Under the pieces are notes generated by a model. It saw only the letters and a program-made list of their open reading frames with translations, was not told where the DNA came from and searched no databases. Positions 27,030 through 37,167 of a stretch of 64,000 nt of DNA are shown piece by piece; position 1 is the first letter of the stretch, and every line of letters starts with the position of its first letter. A program made the translations under genes and the position numbers. This DNA comes from Rhodocyclaceae bacterium. GTDB taxonomy: Bacteria; Pseudomonadota; Gammaproteobacteria; Burkholderiales; Rhodocyclaceae. The stretch covers positions 2,204 through 66,203 of the forward strand of contig DAOMNN010000006.1 in the NCBI GenBank assembly GCA_035443825.1, given 5' to 3'.

Positions 27030-28529
27030 CTATTCCGTTGCAGCCTTGCTGCGCCGGAGCAGGAACTCGCTGAGCAGGGGGACCGGCCGGCCGGTGGCGC
27101 CCTTTGCATCCCCCGACAACCAGGCCGTTCCGGCAATGTCCAGGTGCGCCCACTTGTAGTTCTTGGTGAAGCGCGACAGGAAGCAGGCTGCAGTGATCGC
27201 GCCACCGTAGCGCCCCCCGATGTTGCCCATGTCGGCGAAGTTGCTCTTGAGCAGATCCTGGTATTCCTCCCATAGCGGCAGCTGCCATGCGCGGTCCCCG
27301 GCAGCCTCGCCGGACTCGCGAAGTTCGCCTGCAAGCAGGTCATCGTTGCTCATCAGGCCGCTCGGAATCTTGCCCAGCGCGATGACGCACGCGCCGGTGA
27401 GGGTGGCGATGTCGATGACACAGGCAGGTTTGAAGCGTTCCGCGTAGGTCAGTGCGTCGCACAGGATGAGGCGGCCTTCGGCGTCCGTATTGAGTACCTC
27501 GATCGTCTGGCCGCTCATCGAGGTGACGACATCGCCTGGTTTGGTGGCGGCGCCCCCGGGCATGTTCTCGGTAGCTGGAACGATACCGACCACATTGATC
27601 GGCAACGCCATGTGCGCCAGGGCCTTGATCGTTCCGAGCACGCTCGCGGCTCCGCACATGTCGAACTTCATCTCGTCCATCTCGGCTGCGGGCTTGATCG
27701 AGATTCCTCCGGTATCGAAGGTGACGCCCTTGCCCACGAGCACGACGGGCTTGTCCTTGGGCTTGCCTCCCCGGTAGTGCATCACGATGAGCTTCGGGGG
27801 CTGGTGGGACCCGCGAGCAACCGAGAGCAGGGCACCCATGCCGAGTTTCTCCATGTCCTTGCGCTCGAGCACATCGACCTTGAGCTTGTACTTTCGCCCC
27901 AGATCACGGGCCGTCTCGGCCAGATGCGTGGGGGTGCAGATGTTGGCCGGGAGGTTTCCCAGTTCCTTCGCCAGCGCCATGCCCTCCGCGATCGCCTGGC
28001 CGTGCTTCAGTGCCGACTTCATGACCTCGCTGATCTTGTGACGAGTCAGCAGGATCACCTTGCGGACCCCACGGGGGCGCTCGGCCTTGCTTTTGCTTCG
28101 CGTAGTTTCGAAGCGATAGGCGCTGTCCGCGATGATGCGCGTGGTCTGCTGCAGCGCCCACGCAATATCGCGTCCGGGAATCTCGATGTCGCCGAGGCAT
28201 ACAACGGCATCACCGGTTGGGGTTGCGGCAAGTGCCTTCCCGACGGCCACGACGGCGTCTCGCCAGTTCTTGTCCGAGAGGTCCTCCCTTTTGCCCATGC
28301 TCGCGACGAGTACCCGATCGCACGCACAGCCGGGGAGGTCCGGTATCGCAAGCACGGCGCCGGCCCGGTCGTCCAACTCGCCACGGCCGATGATCGTTGC
28401 CAGCTTGCCGTTGGAAGCCCTGTCCAGCGCCTTTGCGGCGGGACTCAGGCTTCCGTCTGCAAAGACAGCCACCACCACTGTGCCGGTCTTGAGCTTTTCC
28501 GGGGTGCCGGTCTTTATGGTAAATTCCAC
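27030..28529 (-). CDS. pepA: leucyl aminopeptidase (M17)
   Basis: I chose GTG 28529 (VEFTIKTGTPEK..., aligning with E. coli MEFSVKSGSPEK); GGAG lies 6 nt upstream. M17 signature NTDAEGRLILCDAL, VGKGVTFDTGG. Confidence 0.95.
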   Translation of the reverse strand: MEFTIKTGTPEKLKTGTVVVAVFADGSLSPAAKALDRASNGKLATIIGRGELDDRAGAVLAIPDLPGCACDRVLVASMGKREDLSDKNWRDAVVAVGKALAATPTGDAVVCLGDIEIPGRDIAWALQQTTRIIADSAYRFETTRSKSKAERPRGVRKVILLTRHKISEVMKSALKHGQAIAEGMALAKELGNLPANICTPTHLAETARDLGRKYKLKVDVLERKDMEKLGMGALLSVARGSHQPPKLIVMHYRGGKPKDKPVVLVGKGVTFDTGGISIKPAAEMDEMKFDMCGAASVLGTIKALAHMALPINVVGIVPATENMPGGAATKPGDVVTSMSGQTIEVLNTDAEGRLILCDALTYAERFKPACVIDIATLTGACVIALGKIPSGLMSNDDLLAGELRESGEAAGDRAWQLPLWEEYQDLLKSNFADMGNIGGRYGGAITAACFLSRFTKNYKWAHLDIAGTAWLSGDAKGATGRPVPLLSEFLLRRSKAATE

Positions 28530-28635
28530 TCGCTTCTCCTTGAATTGCACGTTGCCCGCGATTGGCTCCGATTATCGCCCTTTCGCGACAGACCCGTCAA
28601 AACGGCCTATCTAAACTTCTGGTGCCTTCCGCGCG

Positions 28636-29715
28636 ATGATCTTCCGGCGCGCCATCAAGCGCGAGTTCGCCCATGCTGCGGCTGGGGTGTTCGTGGCGCT
28701 GTTCGCCATCCTCATCACCACCGTGCTGATTCGCATGCTCGGCCAGGCGGCGGGCGGACGGGTGCCGGCCGACGCGGTGCTGGCCCTGATCGGATTCGGT
28801 GCGCTCGCACAGGTGCCGATCGTCCTTTCGTTGACGCTCTTCGTTGCCGTGCTGCTGTCGCTGACGCGGTCCTACCGCGACTCCGAGATGGTGGTCTGGT
28901 TCGCGTCCGGGCTTCCCCTGACTGCGTTCATCCGGCCCGTGCTGCAGTTCGCCGTGCCGATGGTGGTGCTGATCGCACTGATGACACTGGCGGTCACCCC
29001 ATGGGCGAACATGAAGAGTGAGCAATTTCGTGCTGAACTCGACGCACGCGACGACACGACGCGCGTGGCGCCGGGCGTCTTTCGCGAGTCGGGGGGGCAG
29101 CAGCGCGTTTTCTTCGTGGAGGAGGGCGGGACGGCCGACGGCAAGTTGCAGAACGTCTTCGTCAGCTCGGACGAGCACGGTACGCTCGGCGTGATCGCGG
29201 CCGAGGAAGGGGCGACGCACGTCGATGAACGCGGCGACCGGTTCATCGTTCTCGAGCGAGGACGTCAATATCGCGGGGAAATCGGCTCGGCCGGCTACAG
29301 CGTCATGGAGTTCGACCGTGCCTTTGTCCTGATCGAGGAACGACGAGCGACCAGCCAGGCGGTACGGTCGCGAACGACTTCGACTCTGGATCTGATCCGG
29401 GATCGGTCGAACCGGCACCTGGGTGAACTTGCCGGGCGGATTGGCGTGCCCGTGGCCGCGCTCCTGTTGGCACTGCTCGCGATCCCGCTATCGTTCGTGA
29501 ATCCGCGGGCGGGTCGCGGCAACAATCTGATTTTTGCGATTCTCGCCTACCTCGTATATAGCAACGCAATCAGTATCTGCCAGGCCTGGGTCACACAGGG
29601 CCGGCTGCCCTTCATTCTGGCCATCGTTCTCCCCCACCTGATCGTTCTCGCCGTGCTCGCGGTGATGTTCCACCGGCGGCTGGCAGTGTCGCCGTTCTGG
29701 CGGGTGCGAGCATGA
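28636..29715 (+). CDS. lptF: LPS export ABC transporter permease LptF
   Basis: 359 aa. MIFRRAIKREF..., six hydrophobic segments with a large periplasmic loop. Divergent from pepA as in many proteobacteria. Confidence 0.9.
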   Translation: MIFRRAIKREFAHAAAGVFVALFAILITTVLIRMLGQAAGGRVPADAVLALIGFGALAQVPIVLSLTLFVAVLLSLTRSYRDSEMVVWFASGLPLTAFIRPVLQFAVPMVVLIALMTLAVTPWANMKSEQFRAELDARDDTTRVAPGVFRESGGQQRVFFVEEGGTADGKLQNVFVSSDEHGTLGVIAAEEGATHVDERGDRFIVLERGRQYRGEIGSAGYSVMEFDRAFVLIEERRATSQAVRSRTTSTLDLIRDRSNRHLGELAGRIGVPVAALLLALLAIPLSFVNPRAGRGNNLIFAILAYLVYSNAISICQAWVTQGRLPFILAIVLPHLIVLAVLAVMFHRRLAVSPFWRVRA

Positions 29716-30791
29716 CCAGTGTGTTGACGCGCTACCTGGCTCGCGAAATTCTCGGCGCGAGCACGCTTGTCCTGCTCGCATTCCTTGGGCTGTTTGCATT
29801 CTTCGATTTCATCAACGAGCTGGATTCAATCGGTACCGAGGGTTACCGGCTCCACCATGCGCTGGTGTATGTCGCGATGATCGTGCCAGGCCGGATCTAC
29901 GAATTGCTGCCGGTCGTGGTGCTGATCGGTACGCTGTATGCGCTTACTGCGCTGGCCAACCATTCCGAGATCACCGTGATGCGCGCTTCGGGAATGGCTA
30001 CGTCTCGCATGCTGCGCACGCTCGGCGGCATCGGGTTGATTTTCGTCGCGCTCACTTTCGTCTTCGGCGAGTATGTGGCGCCGCCTTCGGAGCGTGCTGC
30101 ACAGCAGTGGCGGCTGACCGCAACAGGGTCGGCGGTGTCGCAGCAACTGCGCTCCGGTCTGTGGGTCAAGGATGGCGGCAGCTTCATCAATGTGCGTACC
30201 GTCCTGCCCGATCGGACCATGGAGCGCGTGCGTGTTTTCGCGTTCGACGATCAACAGGCCCTGCTTTCGATCAGTGAGGCGGCGACGGGTCGGTACGATA
30301 CCGGCGATCAACTCTGGAGGCTGAGGGACGTGGTGCAGACACGCTTTCTCGACGGCCACACCGAGGTACATCGTTTGCCGGAGATTACCTGGCGATCGAG
30401 CCTGTCTCCGGAGGTGCTGAGCGTGCTCATGGTTGCCCCCGAGCGCATGTCGGTCGTCACGCTGTTCGCGTACATCAGTCACCTGAAGGAGAACAGGCAG
30501 AACGCCAACCGTTTCGAGATCGCCTTGTGGAAGAAGATCATCTACCCGTTCGCGGTGCTGGTGATGATGGCACTCGCATTGCCGTTCGCGCTGACCCATG
30601 ACCGCATGGGCGGGGTCAGCGTCAAGGTATTTCTGGGCGTGATGCTCGGGGTAGGCTTCCATTTGCTCAATGGACTGTTCTCGAACCTCGGCGTGATCCA
30701 TTCGTGGCAACCGGCATTGGTTGCGCTGACGCCGAGCCTCATTTTTCTTGCGACCGCCGCGATCATGCTGTCGAGAGTGGAACGACGCTGA
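29712..30791 (+). CDS. lptG: LPS export ABC transporter permease LptG
   Basis: 359 aa. Start overlaps the lptF stop (ATGA). LTRYLAREILGAS... has the same YjgP/YjgQ architecture. Confidence 0.9.
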   Translation: MTSVLTRYLAREILGASTLVLLAFLGLFAFFDFINELDSIGTEGYRLHHALVYVAMIVPGRIYELLPVVVLIGTLYALTALANHSEITVMRASGMATSRMLRTLGGIGLIFVALTFVFGEYVAPPSERAAQQWRLTATGSAVSQQLRSGLWVKDGGSFINVRTVLPDRTMERVRVFAFDDQQALLSISEAATGRYDTGDQLWRLRDVVQTRFLDGHTEVHRLPEITWRSSLSPEVLSVLMVAPERMSVVTLFAYISHLKENRQNANRFEIALWKKIIYPFAVLVMMALALPFALTHDRMGGVSVKVFLGVMLGVGFHLLNGLFSNLGVIHSWQPALVALTPSLIFLATAAIMLSRVERR

Positions 30792-30985
30792 TTCGCGTGC
30801 TGTACTCGCTCGGATGATTCGTGAATGCGCGTGATGATCGCACAGGGATTTGTTTCGTAGGGGAATTCCGAGTAGGAGCGGCGGAGTGGTTCGTACGCCC
30901 GCCTGAGCGGGATTTCCGCCCTAGCCAAGACCAAGCGAGGGCGCGTGTCATTCATGAAATAGCCGGGTTCCAGCGGAAGTACATG

Positions 30986-31010
30986 AAAAGGGCCCCGAGA
31001 TGGGGCCCTT
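30986..31010 (-). terminator. rho-independent terminator of rplS
   Basis: On the minus strand AAGGGCCCC-aucuc-GGGGCCCUU is followed by UUUC. It lies 28 nt after the rplS stop. Confidence 0.8.
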
Positions 31011-31037
31011 GTCGCAGCTGTGGCGTTGCAGCCGGAA

Positions 31038-31430
31038 TCAGTCCTGCCTGGCCTTGGCCGCGCTGCCCTTGAAGTTCAGTTTTTCCTTGATACGCGCGGA
31101 CTTGCCCGAACGCTGGCGCAAGTAGTAGAGCTTTGCGCGACGAACATCGCCCCGGCGCTTGACTTCGATTCCACCGATCAGCGGCGAATAGGTCTGGAAG
31201 GTTCGTTCCACGCCCTCACCCGACGAAATCTTGCGCACGATGAAAGAGGAATTGAGGCCGCGGTTGCGCTTGGCAATGACGACGCCTTCATAGGCCTGCA
31301 AACGCTCACGGTTGCCTTCCTTGACCTTGACCTGTACGACCACGGTGTCGCCGGGGGCGAATTCGGGGATAGCTCTGCCTTCGGTGAGGCGGGCGACCTC
31401 TTCCTGTTCCAGTTGCTGAATAAGGTTCAT
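31038..31430 (-). CDS. rplS: 50S ribosomal protein L19
   Basis: 130 aa. [11 protein letters not shown]...[30 protein letters not shown]... is near-universal L19 sequence. Confidence 0.98.
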   Translation of the reverse strand: MNLIQQLEQEEVARLTEGRAIPEFAPGDTVVVQVKVKEGNRERLQAYEGVVIAKRNRGLNSSFIVRKISSGEGVERTFQTYSPLIGGIEVKRRGDVRRAKLYYLRQRSGKSARIKEKLNFKGSAAKARQD

Positions 31431-31577
31431 CTACGACTCCTTCATTTCAATGGCCTTTGGCCTTGCACGCAGAGCAGCACTCGCCTGATGCGTACGGTTT
31501 GTATTCGAGCTGTCGGCCGGCACTGCCGGTTTCGGCTCCATTTCTCGAATCGACTGCATTGCCGTCAGGTGGGCGTG

Positions 31578-32363
31578 TCAGCGACTCGCTTGTTCCTGCC
31601 TGTATTCTTCGAGCAATGCAGCTTCTTCCTTGCTCAAGTGGCGACCTTCGATCAGATCGGGTCGCCGTACCCATGTCCGTCCTATCGCCTGCTTGAGTCG
31701 CCAGCGGCGAATCGCAGCATGGTTGCCCGAGAGCAACACCTCTGGTACCCGTTCCTCGCCGTACGACTCCGGGCGCGTGTAATGAGGGCAGTCGAACAAG
31801 CCCTCGACGAACGAATCCTCAAGGGCCGAATCGGCATCGTTCAGCGCGCCTGGCAGGTGCCGGATCATCGCATCGAGCAGAACCATCGCCGGCAGTTCGC
31901 CACCGGAAAGGACGAAATCACCGAGTGACAACTCTTCGTCGACGCACTTGTCGATCAGGCGTTGATCGACGCCTTCGTAGCGCCCGCACAACAAGATCAG
32001 CGACGGCTGCTCACACAGCGCGATGACCTTCCCGTGATCCAGTCTCGTGCCCTGCGGCGAAAGATAGACCACTGGGCCTTCCATGCCAATGCTTCGCTGC
32101 TGCGCCGCCCGGGCCTGCGTGATCGCATCCTCGAGCGGTTTGGCCATCATGACCATTCCGGGGCCGCCCCCGTATGGGCGGTCATCCACGGTCCGGTGCG
32201 CATCGGTCGTAAAATCCCGCGGATCGTGAAATGCGATTTCGTACAATCCGCGCTCCAGGGCGCGCCGCGTGATTCCGCTCGCGGTGATTGCCGCGAACAT
32301 CTCAGGGAACAGCGTGACGACATCATAGCGCCTGGTCGATGTTGGCGCACTCACGCCGATCAC
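31578..32363 (-). CDS. trmD: tRNA (guanine37-N1)-methyltransferase
   Basis: [35 protein letters not shown] start overlaps the rimM stop. Confidence 0.96.
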   Translation of the reverse strand: MIGVSAPTSTRRYDVVTLFPEMFAAITASGITRRALERGLYEIAFHDPRDFTTDAHRTVDDRPYGGGPGMVMMAKPLEDAITQARAAQQRSIGMEGPVVYLSPQGTRLDHGKVIALCEQPSLILLCGRYEGVDQRLIDKCVDEELSLGDFVLSGGELPAMVLLDAMIRHLPGALNDADSALEDSFVEGLFDCPHYTRPESYGEERVPEVLLSGNHAAIRRWRLKQAIGRTWVRRPDLIEGRHLSKEEAALLEEYRQEQASR

Positions 32364-32866
32364 CAGTCCTTTTGCCAGTCCACCCGAATCACTCCTCCCG
32401 CAAGATCCACTTCCTGTGCATAGGCTGCGACGAAGGGGATCAGCCTTTCCGTTTCGCCGTCGACCACTCGGAGGACATCATGCGCACCGGTGGCAATCAG
32501 GCCCTCCACCTTTCCGAGTGTCTCGCCGCCGAGGTTCTCGACACGCAATCCGATCAGATCATGCCAGTAGTACTCGTCTTCATCGGGCGCAGGCATCGCA
32601 CTGCGTGGTGCCCCAACGTACCAGCCCTTGAATTTGTCCGCCGTATCGCGGTCCGGTATTTCCTCGAACAATGCGATCAACCCGTCGCCGTGCGTCCGGC
32701 ATTCACGCAACGACAGATTCCGCCAGGAATCGTCCGGAGACTCCGAATCGTGAGCAGTCCACCAGTGTGACATCTGGCCCCACGAAAGAGGGTCGTCACC
32801 AAAAGGAGCGACCCGGACCCAGCCCTTGACACCAAAGGGAGCGACGATGCGCCCCAGTACGATCAT
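32360..32866 (-). CDS. rimM: 16S rRNA processing protein RimM
   Basis: 168 aa. [16 protein letters not shown]..., with a PRC-barrel C-terminus. Located in the rpsP-rimM-trmD-rplS operon. Confidence 0.93.
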   Translation of the reverse strand: MIVLGRIVAPFGVKGWVRVAPFGDDPLSWGQMSHWWTAHDSESPDDSWRNLSLRECRTHGDGLIALFEEIPDRDTADKFKGWYVGAPRSAMPAPDEDEYYWHDLIGLRVENLGGETLGKVEGLIATGAHDVLRVVDGETERLIPFVAAYAQEVDLAGGVIRVDWQKDW

Positions 32867-32888
32867 GACCGTGAGCCGGATCGGCCAA

Positions 32889-33140
32889 TCAGGCCGCGGC
32901 CTTTGCAGACTGCTTTACCAACCGGGCAACCGTGGGCGAAACCTGGGCGCCGTTCTGCGTCCAGTATTCGAGGCGCTCGGTGTTGATCACGAGTGCCTTT
33001 TCCGCACCGGCAGCGACCGGGTTGTAGTAGCCGACGCGCTCGATAAAGCGGCCGTCGCGACGATTGCGCTTGTCAGCGGCGACAATGTTGAAAAAGGGGC
33101 GCTTCTTGGCGCCACCACGGGCAAGGCGAATGACGACCAT
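32889..33140 (-). CDS. rpsP: 30S ribosomal protein S16
   Basis: Internal ATG 33140 gives [41 protein letters not shown]. The longer listed ORF is an upstream artefact. Confidence 0.97.
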   Translation of the reverse strand: MVVIRLARGGAKKRPFFNIVAADKRNRRDGRFIERVGYYNPVAAGAEKALVINTERLEYWTQNGAQVSPTVARLVKQSAKAAA

Positions 33141-33345
33141 GCGGATTTCCTTGTGATGTTCTGTAGCGGGGTGCGAAAAGCACAAAATTCTAATCGAATC
33201 CAGGGGTTTGAGCAAGGCGTTTGACACGTCTCGAAGGTGCGCTGCAAACGTGCGGGCGTGGAGCCGATCGGGTGGCGTGGGTCTGCACCACATCACACGC
33301 ATAAGCGGTCCGAAGTTGAATAGAATGTGTCTGCGACAACAATCA

Positions 33346-34881
33346 ATGGATGGAAGCTTTTCGATGGCCGTTCCGACGACCGATCCCGAGTGGATTGCAC
33401 GGATGTTCGACTGGCTCGGCAGCGAACCCGCAGACGACTGTCTGGACGATCTCGCGCTACTGCACAAGCATCTTTCGTCACTGGCAACTCCGACGGTGAC
33501 GCTTGAGCAATTGCATCGCTGCGCCGATCCCGTTGCGCTGCGTGTCCTGGATATCTCGGACCGTTTCAAGCCCCATCTGCTCAATGCGACACTGCCTTTG
33601 CCTCGCCAGATTCATTCGGCGTCCGTCGATCTGATTCATACCCTGCTCACGGTATCGGGCTTTTTTGGGCGATTGCTGAAGGCGGGCGCTGCTTCCGCGT
33701 CGGGTGCGAGACGTCCCGAGCACGCCGCACGGGGCCTGCGCCTGTTAGGCGAAGCCTATCTGCTGGCATGCATGGGCGGAACCGAAACGCCGGGTGAGTT
33801 GTGGCATGCCGCACATGCCTTGTTCGGTGTCGCATGCTCCGATGTGCGCGGTGTCGTCGCGGAGCCGGAGAATGCGTCGCCCGAGGCAGCGCTGCAGTAC
33901 AAGAGAATGCTCGCGGTCGCGGCCCTGCAGCCGGAAAGCCTGACCGGGCGGGAACTCGTCTGGATTCATGACTATCTGGAGGTGACGTCGGGCGCGGTGG
34001 AACTGTCGCGGCGGCCACTGCAGCCTGAGAGTGCGGTCTTCTGGCTGGATCCGGATCATGAAGGTGCGCCGGTGGCACTGATCAGGCGAGTCCCGCCGGT
34101 CAGTGACTGCCTGCTCTACTATCGTGCGGTGACCCTGGCGCGCCGGGTTGCGGAACAGATCGACTGGCTCGAGCGACGCATTGCGGATGCCGAGGTCGTC
34201 GGACTCGAGCGGGACGGCGAGTTGCTCGAACCCGATGCATCGGGCCTGCCGGTCGGGCTTACGCCACTGGAGGCGCTTTCGCTTCTGCGTCGGATGCACG
34301 AGCGCTGGTCTACGCCGCCCAGTCGCGAGCATCCGCGGCGACGGCAGCTCTATACGGTCCAGGTGTGTCAGGGGCTGCGTGCGATCTGGCGACTCCATCG
34401 TACCGGCAAGGCGTCCGATGCGGTGTCGGAATGGATGGTGTACAACGAGAGTCCGGGCGGCTATGCCATCATCAGCGTGTCCGGCGTCGAAGGTGTGCTC
34501 AGCGCCGGCATGGCGCTGGCATTGCGGCGTGACGGGAAAAGCCCGTGGTCGATCTGCATCGTTCGCTGGATCCGAAGTGATCATCCGGATGAGGTCGAGC
34601 TGGGCCTGCAGGTGATCGCCGAATCATGCATTGCGATCTCGATCGCATTCCGCGGCGGGGAACTGCGCTCCACGTCCCCCGCGCTGATTCTCCCGCCGGC
34701 CGGCCCCATGCGCCGCAATCCGGCGATACTCGCAGCTGCGGGGACATACAATTCGCGGCGCTTCATCCTGGTCCGCGAAGGCGCGCCCCTCTATGTCGCG
34801 CAGGGACGCGTGTTGAGTCTCGACATGCAGACAGCCAACGTCGAGTTGTTCCAGTACGAAATCGATCCCTATCCGATCTGA
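33346..34881 (+). CDS. large hypothetical protein with a C-terminal PilZ-like motif pair
   Basis: About 511 aa from ATG 33346 (alternative start 33364), with good codon bias. RxxxR (REHPRRR, from nt 34324) and NxSxxG (NESPGG, nt 34444-34461) are followed by a beta-rich segment. Confidence 0.7.
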   Translation: MDGSFSMAVPTTDPEWIARMFDWLGSEPADDCLDDLALLHKHLSSLATPTVTLEQLHRCADPVALRVLDISDRFKPHLLNATLPLPRQIHSASVDLIHTLLTVSGFFGRLLKAGAASASGARRPEHAARGLRLLGEAYLLACMGGTETPGELWHAAHALFGVACSDVRGVVAEPENASPEAALQYKRMLAVAALQPESLTGRELVWIHDYLEVTSGAVELSRRPLQPESAVFWLDPDHEGAPVALIRRVPPVSDCLLYYRAVTLARRVAEQIDWLERRIADAEVVGLERDGELLEPDASGLPVGLTPLEALSLLRRMHERWSTPPSREHPRRRQLYTVQVCQGLRAIWRLHRTGKASDAVSEWMVYNESPGGYAIISVSGVEGVLSAGMALALRRDGKSPWSICIVRWIRSDHPDEVELGLQVIAESCIAISIAFRGGELRSTSPALILPPAGPMRRNPAILAAAGTYNSRRFILVREGAPLYVAQGRVLSLDMQTANVELFQYEIDPYPI

Positions 34882-36089
34882 GCTTGTTCGCCGGCCGGTT
34901 GCGCGGCCAGTTCTGTCAACGTCTGGTCGGCCGTGAGCAATGCGGCGTGAAGTCGTCTGGCAGCCGCGACGGTCGCCGGCCCTCCGCGTGCAAAGGCCCA
35001 GTTGTCGGGTGCCAGCGCAAACCTCTCGATCACGTCGACAAGGGACAATTGATCGGGGTGCGTGCTGAGAATCCAGTTTTCGTCGTCCGTACGCGCGACC
35101 CAGCCGCACTCGTGCATTTCGCCGAGGAGGGCCTCCGTCTGGTCATTGGTGATGCCACCGAGTTCGTGCAGCAGGTTGAACGGGCAGGTTCGGCCCTCGC
35201 GTTGTCCGACGGTCAGCGCGACGAGCATGCTGAGCGCAGCGCAGGCGCGGTCTCCAGGGAAGCTCAGCGGCGTCTTGGTACGTTCGAAAAAATCGGGGAA
35301 GGTGGCGGCCACGATCGCCCCGAGAAGTACCACGACCCAGGAAAGGTAGAGCCAGAGCAGGAAAATCGGCAGTGCCGCAAAGGTGCCGTAGACCAGCGTG
35401 TAGCTTGGCGAAAGTGCGATGAACATGCCGAACATGCGCTGCATCACCAGGAACGCAAGTGCCGCGGCGAACCCCCCCGCGAGGGCGTGGAGCACGCGTA
35501 CCGGATGGTTGGGCACGGCGAAGTAGAGAAAGCTGAATAGCGCACCGAGCAAGGTCAGCGGCATCACCGTTGCCGTAAAGGTCCCGATGTGTCGGCTGTC
35601 CCCGACCAGCGCGACCGACGTCGCGACCAATTGCCCTGTCGCGAAAATGCTGCCGGCCAGGGCCATGGGTCCGAGGGTCAATGCAACCCAGTAGACCGCG
35701 AGTCGGGTGAGCAGCGGGCGCGGCTGCTTGACCCCCCAGATGTCGTTGAATACGCCATCGATCGTGGAAAGAAGGAGCACGACCGTGATGACCAGCATTG
35801 CGGTGCCGATCAGGGTCAATTGAGCGGCCTTTTCGGAGAACTGCAGTGCGTAGGTGCTGACAATCTGGCCGGCGAGATCCGGCAGCACGTTGGTTTGCAG
35901 GAAATCGCCCAGTGCCGTTCCCAACTGCGCGAATGCGGGGAAATTGCTGAACAGCGCAATCGTCACCGTGACGAGCGGTACGATCGCGAGGAGGGTCGTA
36001 TAAGTCAGGCTCCCGGCGACTTCGGGGCAGCGGGTCGCGACGAAGCGGCCAGCCACCAGTTTCAGAAAATCGCGCAGGGATTGGAACAT
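34869..36089 (-). CDS. YihY/BrkB-family inner-membrane protein with C-terminal extension
   Basis: Start MFQSLRDFLKL...AGSLTYTTLLAIVPL is typical of the YihY family. Six TM segments are followed by a soluble tail of about 110 aa. The 3' end overlaps the convergent upstream gene by 13 nt. Confidence 0.85.
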   Translation of the reverse strand: MFQSLRDFLKLVAGRFVATRCPEVAGSLTYTTLLAIVPLVTVTIALFSNFPAFAQLGTALGDFLQTNVLPDLAGQIVSTYALQFSEKAAQLTLIGTAMLVITVVLLLSTIDGVFNDIWGVKQPRPLLTRLAVYWVALTLGPMALAGSIFATGQLVATSVALVGDSRHIGTFTATVMPLTLLGALFSFLYFAVPNHPVRVLHALAGGFAAALAFLVMQRMFGMFIALSPSYTLVYGTFAALPIFLLWLYLSWVVVLLGAIVAATFPDFFERTKTPLSFPGDRACAALSMLVALTVGQREGRTCPFNLLHELGGITNDQTEALLGEMHECGWVARTDDENWILSTHPDQLSLVDVIERFALAPDNWAFARGGPATVAAARRLHAALLTADQTLTELAAQPAGEQAQIG

Positions 36090-36168
36090 CAGGGGTGAGC
36101 GCCGGGGGAAAACCCGGTATGGAGTGGCCGACCGGTATAATTGTGGGCCCTTGCCCAAGTCGATTGCA

Positions 36169-36765
36169 ATGAAAGAAATCCTCGTCCTGTACTACAGCCA
36201 TCGCGGATCGGTCCGTGCGCTCGCCGAACAGGTGGTGCAGGGCATTCATCAAGTACCCGGTGTGGCCGCGCGGATTCGCACGGTGCCCCGGGTTTCGACG
36301 GTCTGCGAGGCGGTCGAGGAGGAGATACCGGCGGATGGACCGCCCTATGCCGAACCCCGCGACATCGACGAGTGCATCGGACTTGTTCTCGGCAGTCCGA
36401 CCCGATTCGGCAACATGGCCGCTGCGATGAAGTACTTTGTCGACGGGCTCGCGGGCAGTTGGGTCAATGGTGCGCTCGAAGGCAAGCCGGTCGGGGTATT
36501 CACGTCTTCGTCGAGTCTCCATGGCGGGCAGGAGTCCACGCTGCTGTCGATGATGCTGCCGCTGCTCCATCATGGAGCCCTGATCGTGGGTATCCCCTAC
36601 AGTGAGTCCGATCTCAATACTACCTCCAGTGGTGGCACGCCTTATGGGGCCAGCCACGTTGCGGGACGCGATGGCAATCCGCGCTTGACGGGCGAGGAGG
36701 AACGCATTGCCATGGCGCTGGGACGGCGTGTCGCGCGGGTCGCACTGAAGCTAGCGGACAGCTGA
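36169..36765 (+). CDS. wrbA: NAD(P)H:quinone oxidoreductase, WrbA (type IV) family
   Basis: MKEILVLYYSHRGS..., GSPTRFGNMAAAMKYF, SSLHGGQEST, GTPYGASH. Confidence 0.9.
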   Translation: MKEILVLYYSHRGSVRALAEQVVQGIHQVPGVAARIRTVPRVSTVCEAVEEEIPADGPPYAEPRDIDECIGLVLGSPTRFGNMAAAMKYFVDGLAGSWVNGALEGKPVGVFTSSSSLHGGQESTLLSMMLPLLHHGALIVGIPYSESDLNTTSSGGTPYGASHVAGRDGNPRLTGEEERIAMALGRRVARVALKLADS

Positions 36766-37124
36766 TGACGCCGCGTGTGCTGAACATGATCTCCAGTGTC
36801 CTGCTGATCGCGCTTGTCGTGCTGTGTGCACTGTGGGAGACCTGGCTTGCCCCGCTCAGACCGGGTGGCTCATGGATGGTGCTCAAGGTCCTGCCGCTGA
36901 TGGCGGCCATCTTCGGTGTCCTGAAGGGACGGCGGTACACGTACCAGTGGCTTTCGATGCTCGTATTGCTCTACTTCACCGAGGGCGTCGTGCGCGCCTT
37001 CGATCCAGGGCTGGTCGGCATCCTTGCGCTGATCGAGGCTGTTCTTGCTTCGGGGCTGTTCGTGAGTGTGATTCTGTACGCACGGGCGACTGCGCCGTCG
37101 CGAATGAACCCAGGGCGGGAATGA
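36765..37124 (+). CDS. small membrane protein, DUF2069-like
   Basis: 119 aa with 4 hydrophobic segments. ATG overlaps the wrbA stop by 1 nt. From memory, this family commonly follows wrbA. Confidence 0.7.
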   Translation: MTPRVLNMISSVLLIALVVLCALWETWLAPLRPGGSWMVLKVLPLMAAIFGVLKGRRYTYQWLSMLVLLYFTEGVVRAFDPGLVGILALIEAVLASGLFVSVILYARATAPSRMNPGRE

Positions 37125-37148
37125 AGCGGCCGGCGTTGGCCGGCCGCT
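37125..37148. terminator. bidirectional GC hairpin between the DUF2069 gene and leuA
   Basis: AGCGGCCGGC-gttg-GCCGGCCGCT. Perfect 10-bp stem starting 1 nt after the TGA at 37122-37124. Confidence 0.7.
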
Positions 37149-37167
37149 GAATGAATGTCGCCTTTGT

